Positions 49,144 to 61,531 of a DNA stretch of 64,000 nucleotides are shown one piece after another. The notes beneath the pieces were generated by a model that was given only the letters and a program-made list of their open reading frames with translations, was not told the DNA's origin and searched no databases. Both the position numbers and the translations under genes were made by a program. The stretch's first letter is position 1, and each line of letters starts with the position of its first letter. This DNA comes from Octopus bimaculoides (Eukaryota), in assembly GCF_001194135.2 (NCBI RefSeq), contig NC_068982.1, positions 114,960,487-115,024,486 of the forward strand. Direction: 5' to 3'.

Positions 49144-52100
49144 NNNNNNNNNNNNNNNNNNNNNNNNNNNNNNNNNNNNNNNNNNNNNNNNNNNNNNNNN
49201 NNNNNNNNNNNNNNNNNNNNNNNNNNNNNNNNNNNNNNNNNNNNNNNNNNNNNNNNNNNNNNNNNNNNNNNNNNNNNNNNNNNNNNNNNNNNNNNNNNNN
49301 NNNNNNNNNNNNNNNNNNNNNNNNNNNNNNNNNNNNNNNNNNNNNNNNNNNNNNNNNNNNNNNNNNNNNNNNNNNNNNNNNNNNNNNNNNNNNNNNNNNN
49401 NNNNNNNNNNNNNNNNNNNNNNNNNNNNNNNNNNNNNNNNNNNNNNNNNNNNNNNNNNNNNNNNNNNNNNNNNNNNNNNNNNNNNNNNNNNNNNNNNNNN
49501 NNNNNNNNNNNNNNNNNNNNNNNNNNNNNNNNNNNNNNNNNNNNNNNNNNNNNNNNNNNNNNNNNNNNNNNNNNNNNNNNNNNNNNNNNNNNNNNNNNNN
49601 NNNNNNNTATATATACATATATATAATTATATTCGGTTAAAAGCCTTGTAGGAGGCTGTGTTAAGGACGTCTACAGTTATTGGCCACCTGATTTCAACAT
49701 CAGTTGTGTTGCATATGTTACTGGATTTATTTCAGGAATTCCTTGGTGTCCATGGAGTTCATATAAATTGGTCAGAGACAGAAAATGAAATTCACGGGAG
49801 GTTTTTGTTTCTTATATCATGTCCGCTTCTTGTTTTATGTTCTTATTTATCTATATTTTTTTCAGTCTATTTCATTAAACTACTTTTTTTTGAAGAGGAG
49901 CCTGTCTTCTCTCAATTTCTTATGAATATTTTTTGAATGTAGCTGACTTCCTAAAAATATATCTTAATAGAGCTGGGTGAAATGAAGAGAAGCAAGAGCG
50001 AGGTACTTGTTTAAAAAGTCGCCTGAAGAGACGCAGTCGGCACCTGTAAGGCTAAACAATTGTACGCATGATTTTTTTTTTACAACCTGAAATTGAAAGT
50101 TTACCCCACGACTCGAGTTTCATGCCAATGCGATCTGCAGTTGAGAATTGCTACAACTTAGTACTGATTATGTTAGTATTGTCCAGTGCTTGTGTTTGTT
50201 CATCGGTTTCCTATTTAGTTTATCGATTTACTGAGGTTTTTTTCTAGCCTCTTCATTGTTTGTTTTTGTTATTTTTCGTGCTGTAGTATTTGTATTTCTT
50301 GTAATTGTAGGTAGGAGGAAATGTTATTAATTTGTTTAGAATTTGTTTGTAGGGCGTGTGTGTGTGTGATTGGGTGTGTGCGTGGGAGAATGTTGTTAAC
50401 AGGAAAATTTATGAGTGGATTGGCAGTAAAGCTAATTAAGGGTATATCTATATATATGTATTGGGAGTAGTTGTAGCCTTAATGATTGGTACTTTCATGG
50501 CAGAGGGATTTGAAGATACTGTTTTGTGAATAAAAACATCTGCTTGTTTATTTTTGTTGTTGGTAATGGAATTTCGTTTTCTTGTTTTAAAAAGATGTGT
50601 GTATTTCTTTAGAATTTTGTATATGCACATATGTAAAACATTCGTGCGTGTACGTGTGGGGGATGTGTGGTCATCCGGCTTTGGTATGCTTTTGTGTATG
50701 GGTGAGATGGGTGCTTGTTATTTTGTTAGTGGTCACAGAACATAATATAAAAATGAAGATATGTGTATGAGATTATGAGTTTCTTTAGAGAAAGGTATAT
50801 ATAACGATTTATAAGTGGTTGGTGTTAGCTATGAATTAATCAAGAACATGTTTACTGTGGATAGACATATCTTTCATGAATGGTATTTTCATGAGCTAGA
50901 TGTTTTCAGCGTTTTTAAAGATTTATTGGAAGCTGTCTTTATAAGAATGTAATGAATTAACGACTACGTTTTTTTTCTTTTCTCCCTTGAAGATTACAAT
51001 CGTGTAAAATTCGAGTCACGAGACAAACTCTCAGTTTCAGTTTGCACACGCAAATACCAAATGTCATACAAGATAAATTTGAACTCAAGAATTTTGTCCT
51101 ACGCTTTAATGATTTGGCTAAGTTATAGGCAGTGGGTAACAAATATTGATAGATGGAGATTATAATCAATTAAATCATCCTCCAATGATTGGCTGATGTT
51201 TATTTTATTTGACCTGGAAGTAAGAAAAACAAAGTTTACTCCTACCGCAATGGAATTAGACCATAGAACGTAAATACCGATAAATATTTCGATCAGCGCT
51301 CGACCAAATGAACTGTTCGTCAACTTTTTCCTGACTTTTGAAAATATAAACATCCATACTTCGGTCAGTTATGGATCAGTCATTAAAAAATATTTAATGT
51401 GATTGTTTTAAGTTGTTATTTAACCGAGGTCACCCTGATGAAGCAGTCGAAACAATGATGAAATGTATTCCAGCAATGATGACCTCATCTTTGTTACGAG
51501 TGCCCATTGTACCTTTCTGTTTTTAATAAAACAGGATGTGATCTGGGGAAATTCTTCATCTATTTCTTGCAGATTAAATTACTGTGTAGAGCAATGGTTC
51601 CCAATTTTTTAACTTCCTGGTGCATTTTACATGGAAAGTTAATTCTGTTTTATTAATCATATTTATGTATAATAAAATTATGAATAATACGTCTTTCCAA
51701 AACGTTCTAGTATTGGTATGGATTTTCTAGAACGTTAAATCATATTTTAAAAACTTCGTAGTGCATGTAGATACCCCATCAAACGTGCCAGCGCCCTACA
51801 GCGTCTTGTTTGAAAACCACTTTCACAGAAACTTCTTTGTTGACTTGTGGGGTCGTTGTTCAGCAGATCTACAGTTTGAAAGTCTGTGGTGAGAAAGAAG
51901 GAAATGTAAACAAGAAGGAAATTTCAGAAGATACTATTCTCTGTGAGAATGATTAAACGATGTGTTTGAAAAGGTTGTCTGTGAGGTGATACACAGTAGG
52001 GTTTACGTGCAAAGGAAGACGGCTGGCGCATCAGCTGGGATGTTATTCAACATCTAGTTTAGAGAGTACAAATCGTTATAGCTGTAGTAGAAAACGTATA

Positions 52101-53989
52101 AAGAAGGTACATCACCTATGTGAGATAGCGGTTGCAGTGTGTTGATGAGGAGATTGTTAACAATGTTAGATGGCGTTCGTTTTAGAGTTAGGGAGTAAGC
52201 TCTAAAAATATCCCATCGATCGAAAGATTCTCCAGTAAGTTAAATAAGGACATATCTAAGGACATGCAACTAAAAACGGAACGCAAACAACCAGGGATAC
52301 ACGGTGACTCAAGAATTTTAGTATGACCTGAAACAAAATCGTTTCACTTGTCATCAGCAAAGTATTTGATTGAAACGACACGTAAAAACCTTCTGACAAA
52401 ACTACTGTCAATGAGCTACATCTAACTGTAGTCTCTTGGATCTGAATCTTCCTGCCAAATCAAACCATCTCAACGTCAGCAGAGAGGCGCTGTCTGGCCT
52501 GCTGTTCATTAACACAGGTATTCCCAAAGAACTTACGTGTACTTGCTGCAGCATTCACTCGGGATGTGTTGAGCCGGCTCCGATCAACGAGTTCACCACA
52601 TCCCTCACAAATACTGACCACATCAGAGGGTCGGCCGCAGTCGAAGCTGTCGGTAGCGCGGACGCCGTAGCTAAAGCTGTCATTCGCTGTTGCGGGATAG
52701 AGTTCATGTTTCGAGTTTAAGAGGGAATGCAAGTTCGCATCTAGTCCCCGATCACATGCGTACACCCTTTGGGATAGTATGATCCGCAGCAGCTCATCTT
52801 GCCGTCAGTTGTCGACTGTCACAGAGTATTCGCTGACCAAATCACCGCATCTTATCGGAACAGACGTAGCCTAGGTTTGCAGCGAGTTCTAGAGACATGT
52901 TTTAACAAAAGCTCAGGGCTGCCTCACTCCCAGTGGTCTTCCAGCACGCCGAACACCAACCCGGAATTTCTGAGGGCCTGTGCTATTGCTAGATAGTCAT
53001 TGAACCTACATTAGATTCATCCATCCTTTTGATAGGTCTTGTTTTCGGTCTTGATCGATTTCTAGCAACTCTCCTAACCAAGCAAGCCTATGGGTGGGGG
53101 TGGGGGATGAAGGCCAATTTAATCAACAACGACCCGACCATGCAACAGGTTGTATTGGACTCCATATTACCAGTAGTATTCATGAGAGATCTGACAAGTA
53201 ACCCGATCGTGGTTTTCCCAAAGCTCAGTTATGTCGCTCACGTTCTTCTCCTATGAACATTAGTAACCTTCTACTTCCTGTCACCTTCAGAAAAACTCAT
53301 TCCTATGTAAACAATTCTACTCATCATTCTTTAATAACCTTTCACTCTTACCGCTATCACCTAAATGCAGCCTAAACAACACACAAAAAAACTGCGCTTC
53401 CCCCCATGAACCGAGACCCCAAAAAACATTCTCCAGTGAGATCACAATAATCTTGTTACCTCCAACAACACAAAGACAAAATATATATATTAAAAAAAAA
53501 ACAGCCGACCATCTTATTTTTGTCTATGCATACGCGCAAACAAAATCAACACCGTGTGTATGTATGTATGTATGTATGTATGTATGTATGTATGTATGTA
53601 TGTATGTATGTACGTATGCATGCATGTATGTATGTGCATGTGTGTATACAAGCAAACACACACACACATACACACACATACGTGTACATATTATCTCAAT
53701 TTGTGACACAAAATACTTTATTGTTCAGATTCAAACGTGAGAAGCGTTCTTTTGACACTGTTTACCCGGGTAAGTTTACAAGGGAGTATGTCCTAACATT
53801 GTGACGTGGTCATGTGTTTTGCAGCTGTTATTGACCTTATAATTTATTACCATTTATTTCAACTGCGAAAATATGACACTTTGTATCACGCACGCGTGTG
53901 CGCGCACACACACACTTGGGTGGGTGTGTGTGTGTGTGCGTGTATGTGTGTCTGTTTGTCTGTCTGTGAGTGAATTATACTATTCTGTT

Positions 53990-54315
53990 ATTCTTTTCCT
54001 TGTTCCAGACATTGGACTACGGCCAAGCTGGGGCACCGCTTTCAAGAGTTTAGTCAATTATACCAATATGTTTTAGTCTGGAACTTATTGTATCGGTCTC
54101 TTTTTATCCAGCTACTAAATCACGAGGTCGTAAACTCACGACCACCGATTGTGAAATGTGAATGACAAAGACAATGACAAAGACGGGGGAACGCGCGTAC
54201 ACGCACAAACATACACACACGTATATATACATATATAGTAGCTTGCCTACCAGCCACATGGTCCCGGGTTCAGTCCCACTGCGTGGCATCTTGGGNNNNN
54301 NNNNNAAAAGAGTAA
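53990..54315. mobile_element. SINE family A fragments (- then +)
   Basis: cattggactacggccaagctggggcaccgc...tagtcaat and ccacatggtcccgggttcagtcccactgcgtggcatcttgg. Confidence 0.7.
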
Positions 54316-56160
54316 AAGAATATATACGTGTGTGTGTGTGTGTGTGTGTGCATGACACTTTCTATCTACCAAAGTTACTCAGACTTGCCCAATGTGCCGC
54401 ACAGTAGGACAAAATCTGAAACCACGTGATAGCGAAGTAAATTTCTTAACTATACACGCTTAGCTTTCTCTATCTCCTTTTTTACTGAGCGTCAAACAAA
54501 TACATATGTGTATGTACAGTCTGTATATTTACTGTGAATAGTAATAATTTGAAAAGTCAACAAATAACTGCAGCATAACTGACTTCATCACAATGTTAGA
54601 CCATTCACTTGAAAAATCAACCGGTTAAACTGTTAAAAGAAAGTTTTTCATGTTCAAATCTAAACAATACAATATTTTCTGTCACAAATTGAGATTTTCT
54701 TCGGCAGTGAAACAACTGAACAACTGTTAAATATTTTACATAATGTAATTTGACTTCTATCAGTTATCTCCCTTTTTTTTTTAATCTTAAAATATATGGT
54801 GTCATCTTCGTCGTCATCGGTGACGTTGCTGTCCAACCTCAGATCAGTCCTGGTTCAGGGTGAATAGGTTCGATATCGATGGAGTTCGGGTAGCAGAGGT
54901 TGAGTTTTCTCCGATTTAAAACTTTAACAAACGGCATGTGCAACTGGATCACATTTGCTGAACAAACTCCTTATGGATTCTTGTCGCAGTACTGACACTA
55001 AATAGTATTGCAGCAGCGATTCGAAACCTCAACTTCTTGATAATCGGTCAGACATCACAAGTGAACGACCATTGTTTCATGTGATTGGTCTATTAATCGA
55101 CCAGTCAATATAAGGTTGTGATGTGTCATGGTTTTCTCCAACGTTCAAGAATATTACTTCCGGTCCCCTATAAAGACCGTTTGGTGTGCACCACGCCATT
55201 TTGCAGTCTACCGGCAAGTACAAGTTGCATATACCTTAAGTATATGTGGTTGATACCTCTATTTCATATTTGAATTTATTCTTACGTATACATTGTCCGG
55301 GCATACCCGCACATAGTTATATAGAACCTGGTCAATGCGTTTCATACGGTGTTGATGGAATTACAGCGATATCAAATCCATCAAAATAGAGATCCCAGTC
55401 TTTCTCTGACCACGTGGCTGAACAGGAAGTCGGTAGCTCCTCGCTGTCTAGATAGTATTTGAAGGAACTTAAATGACATCGGTAGCTGACGAAGGTATGT
55501 ATGCGTACGTGTGTACGCTTGTAGTATGGATGCGTGGATGTGTGTGCCTGCATGTGTATCTCTTATGTGTGTGAGCGGAGGCGTGTACTTGTAAGCTGAA
55601 GTTTGGGTGAGGACTTGGTGGTAACAGCTCGATAGTATGAGTGTACGTATTTGTTGCATTGTATGTGCTTATGGGTGCAGGCGCGTATGTGCTAGGAGTG
55701 TGTACTTGTGCGCGCATATACGTGGGTATTTGTATGAGCTGTGAATATCTGCTGCGCGTTTGTCAGTTGTGCGCTTGCACGTGTGTGTGTGTGTGCCACT
55801 AATTTTTGTGTGCGTGAGAGAAAGAGAGAGAAAGATNNNNNNNNNNNNNNNNNNNNNNNNNNNNNNNNNNNNNNNNNNNNNNNNNNNNNNNNNNNNNNNN
55901 NNNNNNNNNNNNNNNNNNNNNNNNNNNNNNNNNNNNNNNNNNNNNNNNNNNNNNNNNNNNNNNNNNNNNNNNNNNNNNNNNNNNNNNNNNNNNNNNNNNN
56001 NNNNNNNNNNNNNNNNNNNNNNNNNNNNNNNNNNNNNNNNNNNNNNNNNNNNNNNNNNNNNNNNNNNNNNNNNNNNNNNNNNNNNNNNNNNNNNNNNNNN
56101 NNNNNNNNNNNNNNNNNNNNNNNNNNNNNNNNNNNNNNNNNNNNNNNNNNNNNNNNNNNN

Positions 56161-56455
56161 NGTGCAAGTGACTGAGCACTCCACAGACACGTATACCCTT
56201 AGCGTAGTTTTCGGGGAGATTCAGCGTGACAAAGAGTGTGACAAGGCTGGCCCTTTGAAATACAGGAAGAAAGAGTGAGAGAAAGTTGTGGGGAAAGAGT
56301 ACAGCAGGCTTCACCACCACCCTTTGCCGGAGCCTTGTGGAGCTTTAGGTGTTTTCGCTCAATAAACACTCACAATGCCCTGTCTGGGAATCGAAACCGC
56401 GATCCTACGACCGTGAGTCCGCAGCCCTAACCACCGGGCCATTGCACCTCCACGT
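56161..56455 (-). mobile_element. SINE/retroposon family C
   Basis: The - head gtggaggtgcaatggcccggtggttagggc...ggtttcgattcc is tRNA-like; the same head occurs on + at 39004. Confidence 0.78.
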
Positions 56456-56869
56456 TAGGGAGAGTAAGAAAGAGAGGAAAAGCATATATAAATGTGTGTG
56501 TGCGCGCGCGCTTAATACATACATACACAATTACTTAACAGGATGTAAACGGGTTATAAAGTGATACGACTCTTATGTTTGAGAAAGGACAACACCTTAT
56601 AATTTATGTATATTTACGTGTTTACGTATCAATGTATATAAATCTGTATACATGCAAGACTTGTGTGAGTATGCCCCATGGAGAACCAACTTGCAACTGT
56701 TCAAGAGAAATATTTACTAAGTCGATTTCAGTGGTATTGAAAGTCCCACGAAGACCACATATATATATTTTCTTTTAGACTAGACCAATTATAAGAACTG
56801 CAAAAATATTTGCACAACATATATATAATTGCGTGAGTTACGGAAGAGAATGTTGTCAGAGACACAGGT

Positions 56870-56990
56870 ATGACTGTATAGTTAAGAAGTTCACTTTGCA
56901 ACCACGTGGTTTCGAGTTCAGTCCCACTGGGCGGCACTTTGGGCAAGTGTCTTCTGCTATAACCCCGAGCCGACCAATGCTTCGTTCTTT
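56870..56990 (+). mobile_element. SINE family A head
   Basis: gttaagaagttcactttgcaaccacgtggtttcgagttcagtcccactg...gggcaagtgtcttctgctata. Confidence 0.75.
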
Positions 56991-57589
56991 ATCTCCAAAT
57001 AATCAAATAGTCTTTTCCTTAATGGCATGGCAGTTTGGAAGAAATTCTCCATTTCTAAGATTATCTCGTCTCATTTGCAGTGGGTGGCAAGTGCCACAAT
57101 GCATTTGTCTACTTTTCGATCAAAGGGAAGATAATTTCAGTAAATCACGAATTTATCGCATATAGTTTTTAATAAATTTGTATATAGCCATCCATAGCCA
57201 TCACTCTCCAGCGAGTATGATCTATTAGCATGGACCATGCTTTTACTCATTGCCTTAGATGCCTATGTAGTCGTGAGCAAACATAAATACCTTCTAGACC
57301 CTCTCACCCCTTGACTCGATGAAACATCAAAGCTGTAAGAACTTCAGTGAAAGAGAACGGCATCAGCATAGGCTGGTACTCATTTTCAGTCGAGTAAACC
57401 TATCTTTGTATGTATGTATGTAGACAATCCTCTGGAAAAAGAGCTGGCTTCAAACAAAGATCCAAAACTCTATCGCTGGAATCTAAAGAACAAAAAATAT
57501 CACATCTTAAACTTCAGGAAAGTCTTATATATTTTTACTGTTACGCTTACAGGCTGTATTTCTAATGTGCGCGTTAGTTTGAATTTTCA

Positions 57590-57870
57590 GTAAAAGAAAT
57601 CAACAAACTTATCCAGGTTGTTACTTAGGCATTTACTCACAAAGCCAAGTGCATCAAGAGAAGCAGTTGTCCTCTTTCTCTTTGATTTCAAAAAGATATT
57701 CATATAAACAGAACAGCTACCATCTATGGCAGTACATACTTTTTCTTGTTTGTCCCAAATAACAATGTCCGGCCCGTTACGTTTACACTTGACAGATGTT
57801 TTGATGGGGATGTTCCACCAGTATTCCTTGTGTTGGTGTTTGTGTATGTATTTAATAGCAGGGGGTTCTC
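57590..57870 (-). mobile_element. R4/Dong-type RLE fragment (family 2)
   Basis: KEYWWNIPIKTSVKCKRNGPDIVIWDKQEKVCTAID.SC...NI is a PD..D restriction-like endonuclease. Confidence 0.75.
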
Positions 57871-58979
57871 TATTTATTTCGGCATAAAAGCGGCCATGCC
57901 CTTCCAGCCAGCTTGTCTGAAGCGCCGTTAATATTGCCAGGTACAATGATCGGCGCGAAACAGAGAGAGAGGGGGAGAGAGAGACAAACAGACAGACAGA
58001 TAGACAGAGAGACAGCGAAACAGGGGTATATATATATGACTCTGGTTCTGAATATCAGTAATAGGAGTATCGGAGAAATAACTGGGGAGAGTGTTCTGCA
58101 TAATAAGTATACGGTTGGCTCTCACATATGTATTATAGTTATTTGCAAAACTCCGGAAAACCTATTCATACAGTCAATAACAGCATCAGCATGTATGAAA
58201 AATTCTAAAAACCAAGCAAGGGCGGTAACTCCAATAAAATCAACATAACATCTACTAACACATGCATTGTCTATATTTTCCATAAAATTCGGGAGAAAAT
58301 ATTAAAATTATCTCCCTTGTTATTTTTAGATTATTTTAAACACGACCCGTACCCACCCAGCGGAATAATTTCAGTTAATCCCCGTTTTTCAATCAACTAT
58401 ATTTCATATGTGACACCTTGAAGTATTTGTCTTTAGTATGCAGAACATTTCGTTGCAGTACATTCCCTCAATCATTATCTCTGCTTAATGTGAGCAATAA
58501 ATACAAATGCGCTCACGCGCACGACTTTGTGCGCATGTGTTTAAGTTCATGTCGCTAGCGTTTGACAGCAGTAGCAATACGAGTGTAAATGCATAAGTAT
58601 GTATGAGTTTTGTGTTTGCCAATAAAGTGTGCTTGCGCACGTGGTCTTGTTAGTGCATGTTATATGCGCACGCGCGCATGAGTAAAGAGAGTTCGTGTTT
58701 GTTAATGTGTATTAAACGTGAATTCTGAATGGAAAAGTTATCAGATGTTGCTTTACCGATACACACACACATGAAAGTGAGAAATTTCACTACAGAATCT
58801 GATTAGACACGAAATACATGTCTAAAAACAATAATCCAGATAACATTTAAGTGAAAAACAATTAAGTTAATGTTAACACATTTAATGCATAAACAGTTAA
58901 AAAAGCTAACTAGAAATAAACATGCAAGGAAAGAGAGGGGGAGAGAGGGAGAGAGAGGGGGAGAGGGAGAGAGAGAGAG

Positions 58980-59035
<56 letters not shown>

Positions 59036-59174
59036 CATATGAATAAATGACTTGATAATCTTTAATTTTCTGTGCATGAGACAACTCTGAAGGTATATGT
59101 TTCGGTTTATTTGGACATAATCGATGAAGCAGAGTTTTCACAGGAGTTCAAGAACAAAGCAACAACAACAACAA

Positions 59175-59624
59175 TAATAATAATAATAATCCTTTCTACT
59201 AAAAGCACAAGGCCTGAATTTTTTGTGGGGGGAGGGGACTGGTCGATTATGTCGACCTCAGTATTTCACTGGTACGTCCCGAAAGGATGAAAGACAAAGT
59301 TGACCTCAGCGAAATTTGAACTCAGAACGCTGCAACGTGCGAAATACCGCTAAGCATTTCGTCCTGCATGCTAACGATTCTGCCAGCCCACCGCCTTATC
59401 AATAATAATAATAATCCTTTCTACTATAGGCACAAGGCCTGAAATTTGGGGGGATGAGGTAGTCGATTACATCGACCCCAGTACGCAACTGGTACTTAAT
59501 TTATCGACCCCGAAAGGATGAAAGGCAAAGTCGACCTCGGCGGAATTTGAACTCAGAACGTAGCGACGGGCGAAATACCGCTAAGCATTTCGTCCAGCGT
59601 GCTAACAATTCCGCCAGCACACAG
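59175..59624 (-). mobile_element. two tandem SINE B copies joined by (AAT)n
   Basis: aataatcctttctact..aggcacaaggcctgaa...gtcgacctcggcggaatttgaactcagaacg, twice. Confidence 0.88.
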
Positions 59625-59650
59625 NNNNNNNNNNNNNNNNNNNNNNNNNN

Positions 59651-59728
<78 letters not shown>

Positions 59729-60031
59729 CGTAATGGTTTCAGAGTTGTGGGTGGCGTTTATTCGATTGTAACAACCCCAGTGTTTAACTGGTACTTACTT
59801 TCTAAAAGCTCGTGTTTTAAATGTATTAGCTGCGACATTGACAAAATTGGTATTTCAATAGGTATGAGCTCAAACGATTGTCCCACAGCAAAGGCGACAC
59901 TTTGCAGAAATGTCGAAAGTTTATATGATTTAATATCTAATATATATTTATAAAAGTTCACTTATAATATATTTGTATATGCACAGACATATATACACAC
60001 ATATTTATAAATGTGTGCGCGCGCGCGCGTA

Positions 60032-60249
60032 CGACGGGGTACTAAAAAGCTCCTGGCTTTGGGTAAAAGAAAATACAGGAGGATCAGTTAATAATGATTT
60101 TATTCAACATATTCCATCTCAGATTCACACACACACACTGCAGTGGTCTGTCAGTTGTTCTAAGCCCTGTAAAAAAAACTCGGAAGGTTGGGCTTCCAGC
60201 CAGGCCTTTCGCGACACCCTTAAAGCCAGGACTTTTCAGTGTCCCCTCG
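60032..60249. mobile_element. mariner-type MITE
   Basis: Inverted ends cgacggggtactaaaaagctcctggcttt / aaagccaggacttttcagtgtcccctcg, TA on the left. Confidence 0.7.
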
Positions 60250-61531
60250 TGCGCATGCGCGTGTCCGTAAGCTACATCTCCTGGATCAACTGAGACACAT
60301 CAGCAATGATGTAAGCTGGGGTCACCAGGTATTTCAGATCTTTTAATCTTAGGCTCACTTCCTCCTCCAGGCAATCCAGTTGGGACTGATCTGACCACGA
60401 CTTGCATTCCTGAAGTTACAATTCATGGAAGGTCCTCTTACTCGAAACCCACTCGGTAACTTTCAGTGTATGTATGTATGTATGTATGTATGTAGGTAGG
60501 TAGGTATATGAGTGTTTGTAGGTAGGTAGATAGATAGATAGATAGATGAGTGTTTGTCTGTTTGTGTGTGGGAGGGGTTGCTGAAAGACATGCTAAACAA
60601 ACGGAAAGTAATCAAAGCGAACCAATTCAATTTTGGAAGCCCTAAAAAGAAAACCTAGCCTTTGTAGATACTATTTTCATAATTTAATGTCTTAACGTCT
60701 ACGAGTTGACAGAATTGGTAAAGTAGCAGAGAAATTTTACTTTTCTTCTTCCGAGAATTCGATAAAATAATGTAATGAAATACTAACCAAATACTGGGAT
60801 TGATTTCATCACATAAACTCTCCCACTCAGTGTAGAGGTCTGTGACTTTTTCTTTTTGCTATAGAAATGCAAAATCGATAGAACGTCGGATAAAATACCT
60901 TGTGATGTTATTTTTATGTCCTCTTATGCTTTAAGTTGAAATCCCAACTGAAATAAATAAAACTTTCCCTTCATTTGGAGTTAATTAAATAAGAATCAGG
61001 TATATCCTCAAGATAATTTGGTTAATAATACTCCAACTGGTAAATGTGTGACGTGATGTTTATAGACAAAATAATAATCATTATTAAATCAGTTTAGCGT
61101 TGTATTATATTTAAAATAGGTTTCGTTTGAACCAAAATAATGATTCGGTTTCAATTAACGTACCATTAGTTTTCATTTGCTTCATGTATATCCTTGTGAA
61201 CAGTATTAAAATAGGCATTGTCCTCGTGTAATAAAAAAGAACATTATATCATAAAGTCAGTGTTTAAGAATACATGGAATATTTATATATATGAATTAAA
61301 TTATAAAGATAAGCAGAGAAAGGTAGATTATCAAGTGACCGTTGTAAAGGAATGATAATAGAGCAGCAGCTCGTGACGTTTAGATTAGAGCAGTAAAAAT
61401 TAGTATAGTAAATATCTTACTAAAACATCGAAAATTTTTCAATAAATTTTATAAATACAATTACCAAACAAGTTCAGTGTATTTTATAGTTATAAACTAT
61501 ACTGTACTAAAATAGGAAACACATTTGTATA

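Noticed and set aside
50017-50053. Hammerhead-like CTGAAGA-GAC GCA GTC-GGCA-CCTG-TA
   Set aside because: GAAA is mutated to GGCA, stem III is not palindromic and stem I does not pair; at best a dead relic.
4310-56320. Long ORFs in the supplied track containing X runs or HT/CV/YI/YVCM repeats
   Set aside because: Artefacts of N gaps and (CA)n/(TA)n/(ATAC)n microsatellites.
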